Made by a program: the position numbers and the translations under genes. Positions 46,227 to 57,000 of a DNA stretch of 64,000 bases are shown here, piece after piece. The stretch is taken from contig CAVVMW010000023.1 in NCBI GenBank assembly GCA_963749495.1, positions 576,001 to 640,000 on the forward strand, in the 5' to 3' direction. Below the pieces are notes generated by a model. The model was not told the origin of the DNA. It did not search any database and was given only the letters and a program-made list of their open reading frames with translations. Origin of the DNA: an uncultured bacterium. Its GTDB lineage: Bacteria; Verrucomicrobiota; Verrucomicrobiia; Limisphaerales; UBA8199. Position 1 is the stretch's first letter. Each line of letters opens with the position of its first letter.

Positions 46227-47649
46227 ATGAAAACGAACATTGCTCATTCAAATCGCGCCGGACGGTGGTTCGGCGGCGGGTACATGATGAAACCCGATAG
46301 TCTTTCCCGGCGAGTGGCCGGGAATTTGCCGGGCGTCCTGCTGGGGCTGGCCGTCCTGCCTCTGGCCGCCCTCGGCCAGGCCAATTACGCCACACCCTAC
46401 ACCTTCATCACCCTGGCCGGACGGGCGGGCACTTCTGGCAGCGCGGACGGGACCGGGAGCGCCGTGCGGTTCAACGCTCCTGGAGGGGCGAAGCTCGATA
46501 GCACGGGCAACCTGTATGTGGCAGATTCCGGCAACCACACGATCCGCAAAGTGACGCCGACAGGAGTGGTGACGACGTTGGCCGGATTGGCGGGCAGTGC
46601 TGGGAGCGCGGACGGGATGAATAGCGGTGCGCGGTTTAATGCACCCATCGCCGCGGCGGTCGATAGCGCGGGCAACCTCTATGTGAGCGACTGGAACAAC
46701 AACACCATCCGGAAAGTAACGCCGCTTGGGACAAACTGGGTCGTGACGACGCTGGCCGGCCAGGCGGGCAATCCGGGCAGCGCGGACGGGACGAATAGCG
46801 CCGCGCGGTTTAACCATCCCAGCGACGTGGCGGTGGACACAAACGGCAACGTCTATGTGAGCGACTGGAACAACAACACCATCCGGAAAGTAACGCCGCT
46901 TGGGACAAACTGGGTGGTGACGACTCTGGCCGGACTGGCGGGCAGTTCTGGCAGCGCAGACGGGACGAACAGCGCCGCGCGGTTTAACGGTCCCAGCAGC
47001 GTGGCCGTGGATAGCGCAGGCAACGTCTATGTGAGCGCGTGGAACAACAACACGATCCGGAAAGTAACGCCGCTTGGGACAAACTGGGTGGTGACGACTC
47101 TGGCCGGACTGGCGGGCAGTTCTGGCAGCGCAGACGGGACGAACAGCCCCGCGCGGTTTAATGCCCCTGCCGACGCGGCGGTGGACAGCGGGGGCAACGT
47201 CTATGTGAGCGAATTTGGCAACAGCACGATCCGGAAAATGACGCCGGTTGGGACAAACTGGGTGGTGATCACGCTGGCCGGCCTGGCAGACAGTACCTGG
47301 CAGCGCGGACGGGACAGGGAGCGCCGCGCGCTTCAATCAACCTCAATCCGTGGCGGTGGACAGCGCGGGCAACCTGTATGTCGCGGACACCTCCAACGAC
47401 ACGATTCGGAAAGGATTTCCCGCCAGCTCCGTGCCGGCGCCGATTTTACAGCCGCCGAGCCTGAGCGGCGGCCTGTTTGGTTTTGGAATCACCGGTCTTC
47501 CCGGCCTGGCGGTGAACATCGAGTCTTCAGGCGATTTGTCCCAGTGGCAGGTGGTCGGCGGCATCTATATCCTCAATGGCGGGACGAATTACTATGTCAA
47601 TACCTCCCCATCCCAGAGCGCCCAGTTCTACCGCGCCCATGTGCGCTGA
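46227..47649 (+). CDS. Secreted NHL-repeat protein, frameshifted near 47298
   Basis: GSADG..ARFNxP..AVDSAGNLYV..NNTIRK repeats; one extra base, continues in ORF 47350..47649 to ESSGDLSQW...QFYRA. Confidence 0.88.
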
Positions 47650-47819
47650 CCCGCTGGAGCTTGGGGCCGGGCGGGTGAGTCGCGGAGCGTTTTGTGAATG
47701 CCAAGGGCAAGGACGCCCAGGAAGCGAAGAAGGAGGGCAGCTTCGGACCAAAACCGCGGGCCTTCCGCTCTGGAAGGCGCTTGGCGATGCGTTCGGTCCC
47801 GTCTTTCAGGTACGGGTGC

Positions 47820-48038
47820 TCACAACAGGTTGACGAATTCTTCCGTTGTAAGGCCCGCTTCCCGGATCAGGGCCCGCAAGGTCCCTTTGGCAAGCTCCCG
47901 GTGATTAGGCACCGTAAGCCGGCGCATTTGGGGCTCGCGCAGAATGATGTGGCTGCCGGTCTGGTGGTCCACCTCATAGCCCAGCTTCTGGAAAGCGCGG
48001 ATAGCGTCTTGGGCGGAGCAAACGGGCAGCCGACTCAT
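47820..48038 (-). CDS. hicA: HicA-family toxin
   Basis: QTGSHIIL..LTVPNH.ELAKGTLRALIREAG. Confidence 0.92.
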   Translation of the reverse strand: MSRLPVCSAQDAIRAFQKLGYEVDHQTGSHIILREPQMRRLTVPNHRELAKGTLRALIREAGLTTEEFVNLL

Positions 48039-48247
48039 GCGGAAATCTCGACGATCTCCTCGCTGATGGGCGGGGGCACTGGCTCGCCGTGTTTCTTGAG
48101 GCTGGCCAGATACCCGGTCATGGCATCTTTGATGTTGGCCAGGGCCTCGGCCCGGGTTTTGCCTTGCGAGATGCAGCCAGGCAGCGCAGGACACTCCGCC
48201 ACGAACACTCCGTCCTCATCCGGCGCAATCACCACTCGATATTTCAT
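48035..48247 (-). CDS. hicB: HicB-family antitoxin (short form)
   Basis: DEDGVFVAECPALPGCISQGKTRAEALANIKDA; ATGA overlap with hicA. Confidence 0.92.
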   Translation of the reverse strand: MKYRVVIAPDEDGVFVAECPALPGCISQGKTRAEALANIKDAMTGYLASLKKHGEPVPPPISEEIVEISA

Positions 48248-48324
48248 GTTCATAAATTGGGGGGACTGCTTGGAGAAGTCAACCCGGGGGAACAAGAGCG
48301 TGTTTGGAAAGTCGCCTGAGTGAG

Positions 48325-48410
48325 GACCTTGGTCGCAACCTTTGTCGAAACCTTTGTCGGATTGGCCTTTCCTCGACAAAGGTTGCGACAAAGGCTGCGA
48401 TAAAAGCTCG
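48325..48410. repeat. Hairpin made of 12-bp tandem units (family copy 2)
   Basis: About 3x (A)ACCTTTGTCG.. then about 3x CGACAAAGG(T/C)TG. Confidence 0.85.
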
Positions 48411-48435
48411 AAATCGGAGCTTTCCAAACGCCCTC

Positions 48436-49206
48436 TTAGTCCCGCATGACCTCGATGAGATGCCCGAGTTCTCCATCGATCTCGGCCGGCGCGGACACGG
48501 TGTGGGCTATCTCGGTGCGCAGGAGTTGGCGGTAGGTCGCCTTCAATCGGTGCAGTTCGACCCGCAGCGCGCCTTCGTTCATGCCCAGCTCGCCCGCGAC
48601 CTCGGCATAGGACCTTCTCTCATGGCCTCCCGGCAGGAGGCTGGCCAGCTTCTCGAAACGCTCGGGCTTGCCCGCCCTCTCGAAGTGCTCGCGCAGTTGT
48701 TCGCGGACGCGCGCCAGCAGCGTCATCGCCCAGGCGCGTTCGAAGATTTTTTCGGGAGTGAGGGGAGTGCTCGGCTCAAGCTGATACCGCTTCTCAGCCG
48801 TGATTTCATCAAGCGAAATGTGAACCAGACGGCCACCGCGCTTGAGGGATCTTGCGCGCTCGCGCTGGTTGGACAGGAAATGTTTTAGCGCGCCGAGCAA
48901 AAACCATCGGAACTTGCCTTTGTTGGGATCCGCGCGGTCCAGGTAATTCCGCTCGAGCAGGCGCGCGAAAAACTCCTGCGTAAGGTCCTGGGCATCCTCG
49001 ACGCTCGCGCCTTGTCTTCGAGTGAAGGCGTAAAGCGGATACCAGTAGGTTTGGCAGAGCTGCGCCAGGGCATCGGCCTGCTGGGCGGACGGCGCCTCGC
49101 CGGCGCTCAGCACGACGGCCCACCGGGTGGTGGCAAAAATCGGCGACCGCGCTCCCGCGGTGGACGTTCGGTCTTCCCAGCTCTCATATTTTGCATTTTC
49201 GCTCAT
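48436..49206 (-). CDS. ECF RNA polymerase sigma factor (kinase-associated type)
   Basis: FATTRWAVV, YWYPLYAF, DAQDLTQEFF, GKFRWFL and SYAEVA..LGM. Confidence 0.92.
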   Translation of the reverse strand: MSENAKYESWEDRTSTAGARSPIFATTRWAVVLSAGEAPSAQQADALAQLCQTYWYPLYAFTRRQGASVEDAQDLTQEFFARLLERNYLDRADPNKGKFRWFLLGALKHFLSNQRERARSLKRGGRLVHISLDEITAEKRYQLEPSTPLTPEKIFERAWAMTLLARVREQLREHFERAGKPERFEKLASLLPGGHERRSYAEVAGELGMNEGALRVELHRLKATYRQLLRTEIAHTVSAPAEIDGELGHLIEVMRD

Positions 49207-49265
49207 GCCCGAAGCCGCTCGCCATTAACGATCCTTGCTGGTTTGCCAGGCCAGTTTTAGCATTT

Positions 49266-49382
49266 GGTGACGTGGCAGCGGCCGCCGGGCCGCTCGATGC
49301 GCAATGCGCGTGCCATGACACGAGCAGAGCAGCGCCACAGGGCAGGGTCAAGCCAAAATGTCAATTTTTGAGATGTGACCCC
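49266..49382 (-). mobile_element. 5' end fragment of the TIR-flanked Y1 element
   Basis: Near-identical to 40209-40314 plus GAGATGTGACCCC, without the MITE insertion. Confidence 0.85.
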
Positions 49383-49538
49383 TTCGATTAAAGAGATGCG
49401 GTTATGAGGAACTGACCCCTTCACGGTTCACAAGGGCTCCCAACTTCCCCTTGCGAACGCCCGAAAAATGAGTATAGTTTCTTCCATGACCTCCATAAGA
49501 GAAAGGTGTGCGCGGTGTGTTCAAACCGTGCAAATAAA

Positions 49539-50459
49539 ATGAGGACGCGAAGGAGTAGAGCACGAAACAGCGGCTTGCGCTCGCGCAAGGGATTCACCTT
49601 GATCGAACTGCTGGTGGTCGTCGCGATTATCGCCATCCTGGCGGCGATGCTCCTGCCCGCATTGGGCCGGGCCAAAGAGAAGGCCTGGGGCATCCAGTGC
49701 ATGTCGAATCACCGTCAACTGGCCTTGGGCTGGCGCATGTACGCAGAGGACAACCGCGACACGCTCATCTGGGCCAGCGGGCAGGATGTGGCGATGGACG
49801 CGGCGCAAGAGGCCACGCTGGCGAACAATCCCCTGGATAAATATAGCTGGACCTTCACACAGATGGACTTCAATCCCGCCAACCAGGCGGCGTGGGACCC
49901 CTCAATCGATCTCCAGACCCGTCCCTTGTGGCAATTCCTCAAGAATGCCGCGGTTTATAAATGTCCGGCCGACCATTCCTACATAACGGTCAACGGAAAG
50001 AACATGCCCCGCGTTCGGACGATTTCCATGAACCTCTACCTGGGAGGATTCGGAGGCCCGAACGAATCGAACCTGGGTTGGGCGAAGAATTGCACGGTGT
50101 TTTTCAAGATGGGCGACCTCGCGTTCGGGCGAGCAGCTCCTGGACCAGCCAAGACGTTCGTGTTCCTGGATGAGCGGGAGGACTGCGTGAACTGGGGCAA
50201 TTTCGAGACCGACATGACGGGCTACCCGAATTCGGGGCCGTTCCAGTTCTACCAGGATTTGCCCGGGAATTACCATAGTTTGTCGGCCGGCTTCTCGTTT
50301 GCTGATGGGCACTCGGAGTTGCACCGGTGGAGAGAATGGCCCGCGACCGAACCCATTACCCGGCAGCAAGCCACGTGGATCTCGGCTGGAGCCGTCCAGG
50401 ACAAGGCGCCATATGCCGATGTCAAATGGTTGCAGGACCATACCACCAGACCGAAATAG
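49539..50459 (+). CDS. Prepilin-type N-terminal cleavage/methylation protein with H-X9-DG domain
   Basis: [45 protein letters not shown]. Confidence 0.92.
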   Translation: MRTRRSRARNSGLRSRKGFTLIELLVVVAIIAILAAMLLPALGRAKEKAWGIQCMSNHRQLALGWRMYAEDNRDTLIWASGQDVAMDAAQEATLANNPLDKYSWTFTQMDFNPANQAAWDPSIDLQTRPLWQFLKNAAVYKCPADHSYITVNGKNMPRVRTISMNLYLGGFGGPNESNLGWAKNCTVFFKMGDLAFGRAAPGPAKTFVFLDEREDCVNWGNFETDMTGYPNSGPFQFYQDLPGNYHSLSAGFSFADGHSELHRWREWPATEPITRQQATWISAGAVQDKAPYADVKWLQDHTTRPK

Positions 50460-50507
50460 ACCTCGGACATCCTGCACGGGGACCATGAACCGGAAGGGCG
50501 TCGCCGG

Positions 50508-50600
50508 GCGCGAAGCGTTTTGGACTGCGGCAGTCCTCTGCCGCTTTTTGGACCCTGGGGGCACGAAAGCGCCAGAGGACTGGCGCAGTCCAAAACCTTG
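50508..50600. repeat. REP-like double hairpin between convergent genes
   Basis: TTTTGGACTGCGGCAGTCCTCTGCCGCTTT...AAAGCGCCAGAGGACTGGCGCAGTCCAAAA. Confidence 0.85.
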
Positions 50601-50642
50601 CGGGCTTGGGGTCGGTTCATGGCGAGGGCCATTCTCTTTCAC

Positions 50643-50978
50643 TCAGCGTTGAATCCGCAGGCGATAAAATGCTCTGGCCGGGTCTGACGCGGGTTGCACC
50701 CAGACCGGCCGCCAGGTGTTCAGATCATCCGATTTTTCCACGCTGATGGCAAAGCTCCCGCTTGGCCCGCCAACAGCCCGCCGGTCAGGCAGGGTGACTC
50801 CGTCCTCGGCGATGAAATAGGAGATGAACTTGCCGTATGGAAAAAACACGCCGCTGCTGAGGAACAGGGTCCCGGGCCCCGTGAATTCCGCTGGCTGGTT
50901 CGGCTCCAGCACAAAGCTCAACGCGCCACCACCCTCGCTGTCCTGGCGAGAAAAGCTCGCGTTGACAGGCCCCGGCAC
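50643..50978 (-). pseudogene. C-terminal remnant of a secreted protein
   Basis: Ends VEKSDDLNTW...RAFYRLRIQR; no signal peptide or convincing in-frame start. Confidence 0.55.
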
Positions 50979-51089
50979 CCCAAATGGATCTCATGAAAAG
51001 ACGCTACTCCCGACTCCCTGCCTGTCAACAGCCCCACCCGCGGTCGGCCAACGGTTTGAAACCCCGATTGGCTTTAGACCCAGGTTCAC

Positions 51090-54000
51090 TTAGGGCACTA
51101 CCACGGCGCGGTAGAAGGCCTGACTGGCGCTTTGGACGTTGATCGGGAGGGCGATCGGAGCGCCCGCTGCCGCGGTATTGGTCGAGACCGCAGTCCAGGA
51201 TGAGAGGTCGCTCGAGGCCTGGATGACGTAGGTCTTGCCGGGGGCCCCGGCGACACTCAACAGGTACTGGCCATTGGCGGATGGCTGGATGCTCAGGCTC
51301 GGGGCGGCGGTGACAACGGTGGGGACGTTGAGCGGGCTGACCGTCGTGAGGCTGAGGCCCCAGCCATTGAGGAAGCCGGAGTCGCCCACCTGGTCAGCCA
51401 GGATGTAAAGCGACCAGGTCCCGTTGGGGTCGCTGCCATTGAGGCCGGCCAGGGGGGAGGCATAGGGGCCCGGAGGCGCGGGAAGCGGCAGAGAGGACGG
51501 GGCATTGTAAGCGGTGGGTTGGTAGGTTGTCCCGTCGAGGATGGCTGAGTCGGCAGGCAGAGGTGCGGCGCCGGCATCATCAAAGAAGAGGGTGATGTTC
51601 GTGATCGAGAAATGGGACCCGGCATGAGACATGAAGAGCGCGGAATTGCCGGCAGGGCTGACCAACAAGGCGTTGATCTCACTGGGGAAGGTGTGGCTCA
51701 GGCCGAAGAAGTTGACGGTGACCTTGCTGACCACGCCCGTCAGATTCGAGACGGTGAGAGTGGAGGGGTAAGGAGAGGCAGGGCTGGCATAGGGGATGTG
51801 GATGGAATCCGGGCTGGCCCAGGTCGAGCGGTCGGGCAGGATGAACACGAAGGAATTCGTGTAGAAATTGGTGGCCTGGACGGCATCGTCATAAGAGCGG
51901 ACCTCGCGAAGCAGGAGGGTGGCGGTGATGGAGCCGCCGTTGGTGAAGGGAGCGCTGCCGAGGCTTGTGGCGGTGAAGGTGAACGGTCGGACCACGGAGG
52001 CGCCACCGTGAACGATGGTGCCATAGACACTCTGGGCATTGGTGGCGGGGATGACACCGCCCGAGTCCAGGAGCGTGGCCGTGAGGTTGGGTGCGGTGTC
52101 GGCAGTCCCGGCATTGGTCAGGACCAGCGAGACGGTGACCATCTGGCCGGGGGCAATGCCCGGGCCGCTCCCCGCGACCAGGAGCGCCCCGGCAGACAGG
52201 AGCAAGGGAGCGGGGTTGTTGACGGTGAGGGCATTGGTCACGCTGTTGTTGGAGAGGTCGGGGTCGAAGGAGACCGTGGCGACCACGGGGACACTGGTCA
52301 GAGGCACATTGGTGCTCAAGCCGCTGGACAGAGGCACGGCGGCCAAGGGGACCATGACGAGCGCCAGCGATGCCCCGGCATTGGGGGCCAGGTTGCCCAG
52401 GGCGGCAGTCAGGACGCCGTTGTTGGTGGTCCAGGAGCCGGCTGTGGCCGTGGCAGAGAGGAACAGGGCGTTGGTGGGCAACAAATCGGTGAGTGAAACC
52501 TCGATGGCCACCCCGGGGCCGTTGTTAGTGGTGGCGACGGTATTGGTCAGGGGATAGCCCACGACGGCCGGGTTGGGGGCGAAGTCCTGGGAAACCACCA
52601 GGTCGGCCTGAGGCAGCACCAACTGGGTCACCGAGACGGCGACGTTGTTGGCGGGGTTGAGGTCAATCTCAGGGGAGCCCACGCTGGCGGTATTGGTCAG
52701 AAAGCCGGCGGCGGGGTTTGGGGCGAAGGCGACGCTCACGGTTGCAGTGGAGCCGGCCGTGATGACGCCGAGGTTGCCAATGATGGAGTCACCGTTGAAG
52801 CCGATCGTGCCCTGGGAGCAGGAGGCCGAGAGGAACGAGGCATTGGGCGGCAGGGCGTTGGTGAAGACGACATCCGAGGCGTCGCTCGGGCCGCCGTTGG
52901 TCAGAATGAACAGGTAGGCCAGGGTGTCGGAAACCGCGGCAGGCGAGGGCGGGGCGAGGGCGATCAACGCAAGGTCGGCCAGCGGGTTGACCGGCATGAC
53001 CGTGGTCAGGGTCAGGCTCCAGCCATTGGAGATGCCGCCCGTGTCGCCCAGTTGGTCGTCCATGACATAGAGCGACCAGACCCCATTGGGGTTGATGCCG
53101 TTGAGGCTGGAGAGCACGGCGGCATAAGGGCCGGCCGGGGCGGGGTTGGAGAAGGCCGGTGCCGGCGTATATTCAGTCGGCCGGTAAGGGCCAGAGATGA
53201 GCGAGCCGAAGCGCGGCATAGCCGAAGGCGCGGCATCATCGAAGGTGAGATTGAGGTTCAGGGCAGGCTGGTTGCCGGCGTGCGACATCAGCAGTGTATT
53301 GGCGCCGGTGGGGGCGGCCAGCAGCGCGTCCACGTCCCGGGGATAGGTGTGGCTGAAGCCCTGGAGCGTAGCGGTGACTTTGCTCAGCGTGCCGGTCATG
53401 CCCGATACCGTGATGGTCGAGGGATACGGCGAACCGCCGAAATCGAGGATGGCGATGGCATCGGTATTGGTGAAACTGACGATGGTCGGCAGCGTGAAGT
53501 TGAAGGAAACGACGTTCGTCAGCACATCGTCCCCATCCTGCAACTGGAGCACAGCGGTGACGGTTGCGCCCGGGGCGCCGGTGGCGATGAACGAAAAGGG
53601 CTGCTCGACAAAGGAGCCGTCCGGGAACAGAATCCCGTAGTCCTGGGGACCATTGGGAGCCACGGGTGTTATCCCATCGACCGCCAGGAGCGTCGCCTGG
53701 AGGTTGGTGTTGCTCACGTTGCCCGCATTGCGCACCCGCAGGCCCACAGTGACGGTCTCGCCGTTGTCAATGGCGCCGTCGGGAGGGGAGAAGCTCTCGC
53801 CGAGCAAGACCGCGCCGGCCGGAACAAAGCTGATGAACGGAGGGGCAACCCGCACTACGGTAGTGACCGAGTTGTTGGACGGGTCAGGGTCCGCTTGTGC
53901 GCCGACCACCGAGGTCGTCGCCCTGGCAGGGCCCTGGATGGTGGCGATGACCTGGACGCCGACCTGGGCGCTGCCGCCTGCGGCCAGCGAGCCCAGGCTT

Positions 54001-57000
54001 GCGACGATGTTGTTGCCGGTCAGCGCAACCGTCCCTTGAGAGTTGGTCACCGAGATCAGCTCCAGCGACGCATCCATGCTATGGGTCAACAGGACGCTGG
54101 ACGCCGCGCTGGGGCCGGCATTCGAGACGATGATGAGGTAAGTCAGGCTGCTGCCCAGCACGACCGGGTTGGCGGAAGGGATGACACTCACGGACAGGTC
54201 GGCTGCGGGGCCGACGATGGTCTGGAGGTTGCTGGTGTTGTTTGAAATGACAGGGTCGTACTGGTTGCCGAAGATGGAGGCCGAATCGAGCGCGACGCCC
54301 TCGCTGAGGATAGTGACCGCAATGGTGGCGGTGGCCGAGGCGGAGTTGGTGAGGGTGCCGATGCTCCAAAAAACCTGGTCGCCGTTGACCGCAGCCGCGC
54401 CCTGGGAAACCGCAAAGGAGATCAGCGCGGAATTGTTCGGCAGCACGTTGGTCACCCCGACCCCGGTGGCCAGGCTGGGCCCGTTGTTCACGGCGGTCAC
54501 CGTGTAGGTGAGCGTGCCGCCGACCAGCGGCGCGCTCGGAAACGCGCTCAGACTCACCGCCAGGTCGGCCGTGGGCGGGCGCACCCGGGTCAGGAGAGTG
54601 AGGGTATTATTGGCGGGATTGAAATCAGGCTGGTCGGCGCTGACGGTAGCCGTAGAGGTGAAATCGCCGGCCGCGATGGCCTGGCAAACCACCGTCATCC
54701 GGGCAGGGTTCGAGCGGCCCGCCATGGGGCCCAGGGCAAAGGTAACGACGCCGTTGCCCACGCTCCAGGAACCCTGGGCCGTCGAGGCATCGACAAACTG
54801 GACGCCCGAAGGCAGTTGAAGGGTTATGGCGGCGTTCTTGACCGAGCTGGGGCCGTTGTTCGTGGCGTAGATCGTATAGGTCAGCAGGTCGCCGAGGATG
54901 ACCGGGTCCGGGACCGCAGTCATCGCGACGGCCATGTCCGCGCCGGGGCACTCGCCGCCCCCGTTCAGGCAAGTGGCCGGCGTCAGGAACAGCGACCAGC
55001 ACTGGAGGGTGCCGACGCCGTACAAGTACTGGTCAATGACGCGCAGTTTCCACGTGCCATTGACATTTGTCCCAGCCTTGCCGATGAAAAACGCCAGGGG
55101 CTGTTGCGGCCGGAAGGTGCCCACAAAAGGCGCGAACCCCGTCGTGATGGCCAGACTGGCGTCGTCGTCGAATGTGGTGCGGGCGGCGTCGCTGAGACCC
55201 AGGCCATAATTCTGTCCGGAACCGCCGTTGTTGGCGGAGAGCGTCGTGGTCGTCCCATCCGGGCCGATCAGCTCGAGGCGCAAGTCGGCGTCGTACTGGT
55301 GCGTGATAAAGAGGCTGACGACGGCCTTAGTGACCGCGGAGGGGAAGTTGGAGATGACGATCGGGGAATCGATCTGGCCAACGTCGGGAATGGGAATAAC
55401 GGAGAAATTGTCATAGCGCAGAGGAATGGCGGGGACGCCGCTGGTGATGCGGAAGCGGAAGGTGACCGGGCTGAGGGCCTGGTCGGAGTTGATGGTGAGG
55501 GTGAAATCGATGGGGGTGCCGCAGGGGAAAGTGGGGGCGGTGCTGATCCTGAGGGGCACCTGGTTGGTGGCGGCGGTGTTGGTGAGCATGACGCCGTAAC
55601 TGGCGGTCGGTTGGACGACGATGACGCCGGGGGTGGCGGTGGCGAGGGTGGCGCGGACGCCCGTGGCGGCCACGTTGCCGAAGTTGGTCAGGACGATGCT
55701 GAGGTTATCACACTCGTTGGTCTGGATGATGCCGTTGCCGTTGCCGCCGGAGATGTAGTTGGTCAAGTAGCGCAACAGGGGCACGGTGCCGTAAGCAGGG
55801 GCGAGGATGTTGACGAGGTTGGTGCCGTTGGGGGTGCCCCAACCGGTGCAGAGGTCGTAGCCGGGACAGGCATAAAAGAGGTTGGTGTTGACGAGGTTGG
55901 TGTTGTTGCCCGTCGTGACATCGCGCAAGGCGATGGGATAGTAGGTGCGGCTCGATCCAATGGCATAGAGAGCGGGGTTGAGAAAGCCGACGGGTTTATC
56001 CCCGTTGACCAGGGCCTGCTCATTGACCAGGGCGGTGAAGGCCGCCCAGAGGGGCGAGGCAGCGCTGGTGCCCCCGACCATCGAGCCCACGCCATTATCC
56101 GAGATGATCCAGATGTTGTCGGCCGTCAGGGCCACGTCGGGGACATTGCGCATGGTGGTCGAGCCGGCGTTGGTTGTCATATTGATGCCCTGCTGCCAGG
56201 AGGGGATGGCGTAGTTGGTGCTGATGCCGCCGCCGCTGCCCTCGCCTCCGCCCCAATTCCACACGGTCTCGGAGACGTAAGCTCCTCCAGGACCTGTGGT
56301 GCTCAAGGTCGTGCCGCCAACCAGCGTGATATAAGGGTTGTCGGAATAATCGGGGGTGCCGATGTAAAACGAGTCCCCGTCACCGGAGGCCTGAAAGAAC
56401 GACTGGCCTTGAGCGATGAACTGGAGGTAGATCTGGTCTGAAATCGGGTTGTCGGGGATGCCCCAGGAAGAACTGAGCCTGGCTGGCCGCGTTGTCAACG
56501 GCCATTTGATTGAGTATGTCAACGTCGGCGTTGGGGTAGCCGTTAGGAGCTTCATAGACAATGATTTGCGAGAGCCCCGGCGCCATCGAGATGCACATCT
56601 CGATGTCGAGGCAGACCTCCCCGTTGCCGAAACCCGGCACGCCATTGAACCCGTCCAGCAACACGTTCTGCAAGGGGACACTCGGCAGGCCGGCCTGGGC
56701 TTCGTATGACGCAATGTCACTGGCGAAGTAGCCGTCAAGCTGGAAGAGGCCCACGGCCTGGTAGGCTCCGGTGAGGGAGGTGCCTGGAATATAGGCGGCA
56801 CGGAAGTCGTTGCCCAGGTAGGTGCCGCCAGGGCCCGCACCGAACCTCGGGCCCAAATCGGGGCGGCGCCGGGCGGCAGGCGTTTGATGCGCGGCTTGGG
56901 CAGGAAGAAGTTGTTCAGTCCCTTGATGTGGAGGATGGGGACGCTGAGGTCCAGGGAAGGCTCGGCGTCGGGTGCGTAAAACGTGCGGAACTCAGTCGGG

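Noticed and set aside
7133..50459. Diversity-generating retroelement acting on the pilin-like genes
   Set aside because: No reverse transcriptase and no template/variable repeat pair differing at adenines was seen
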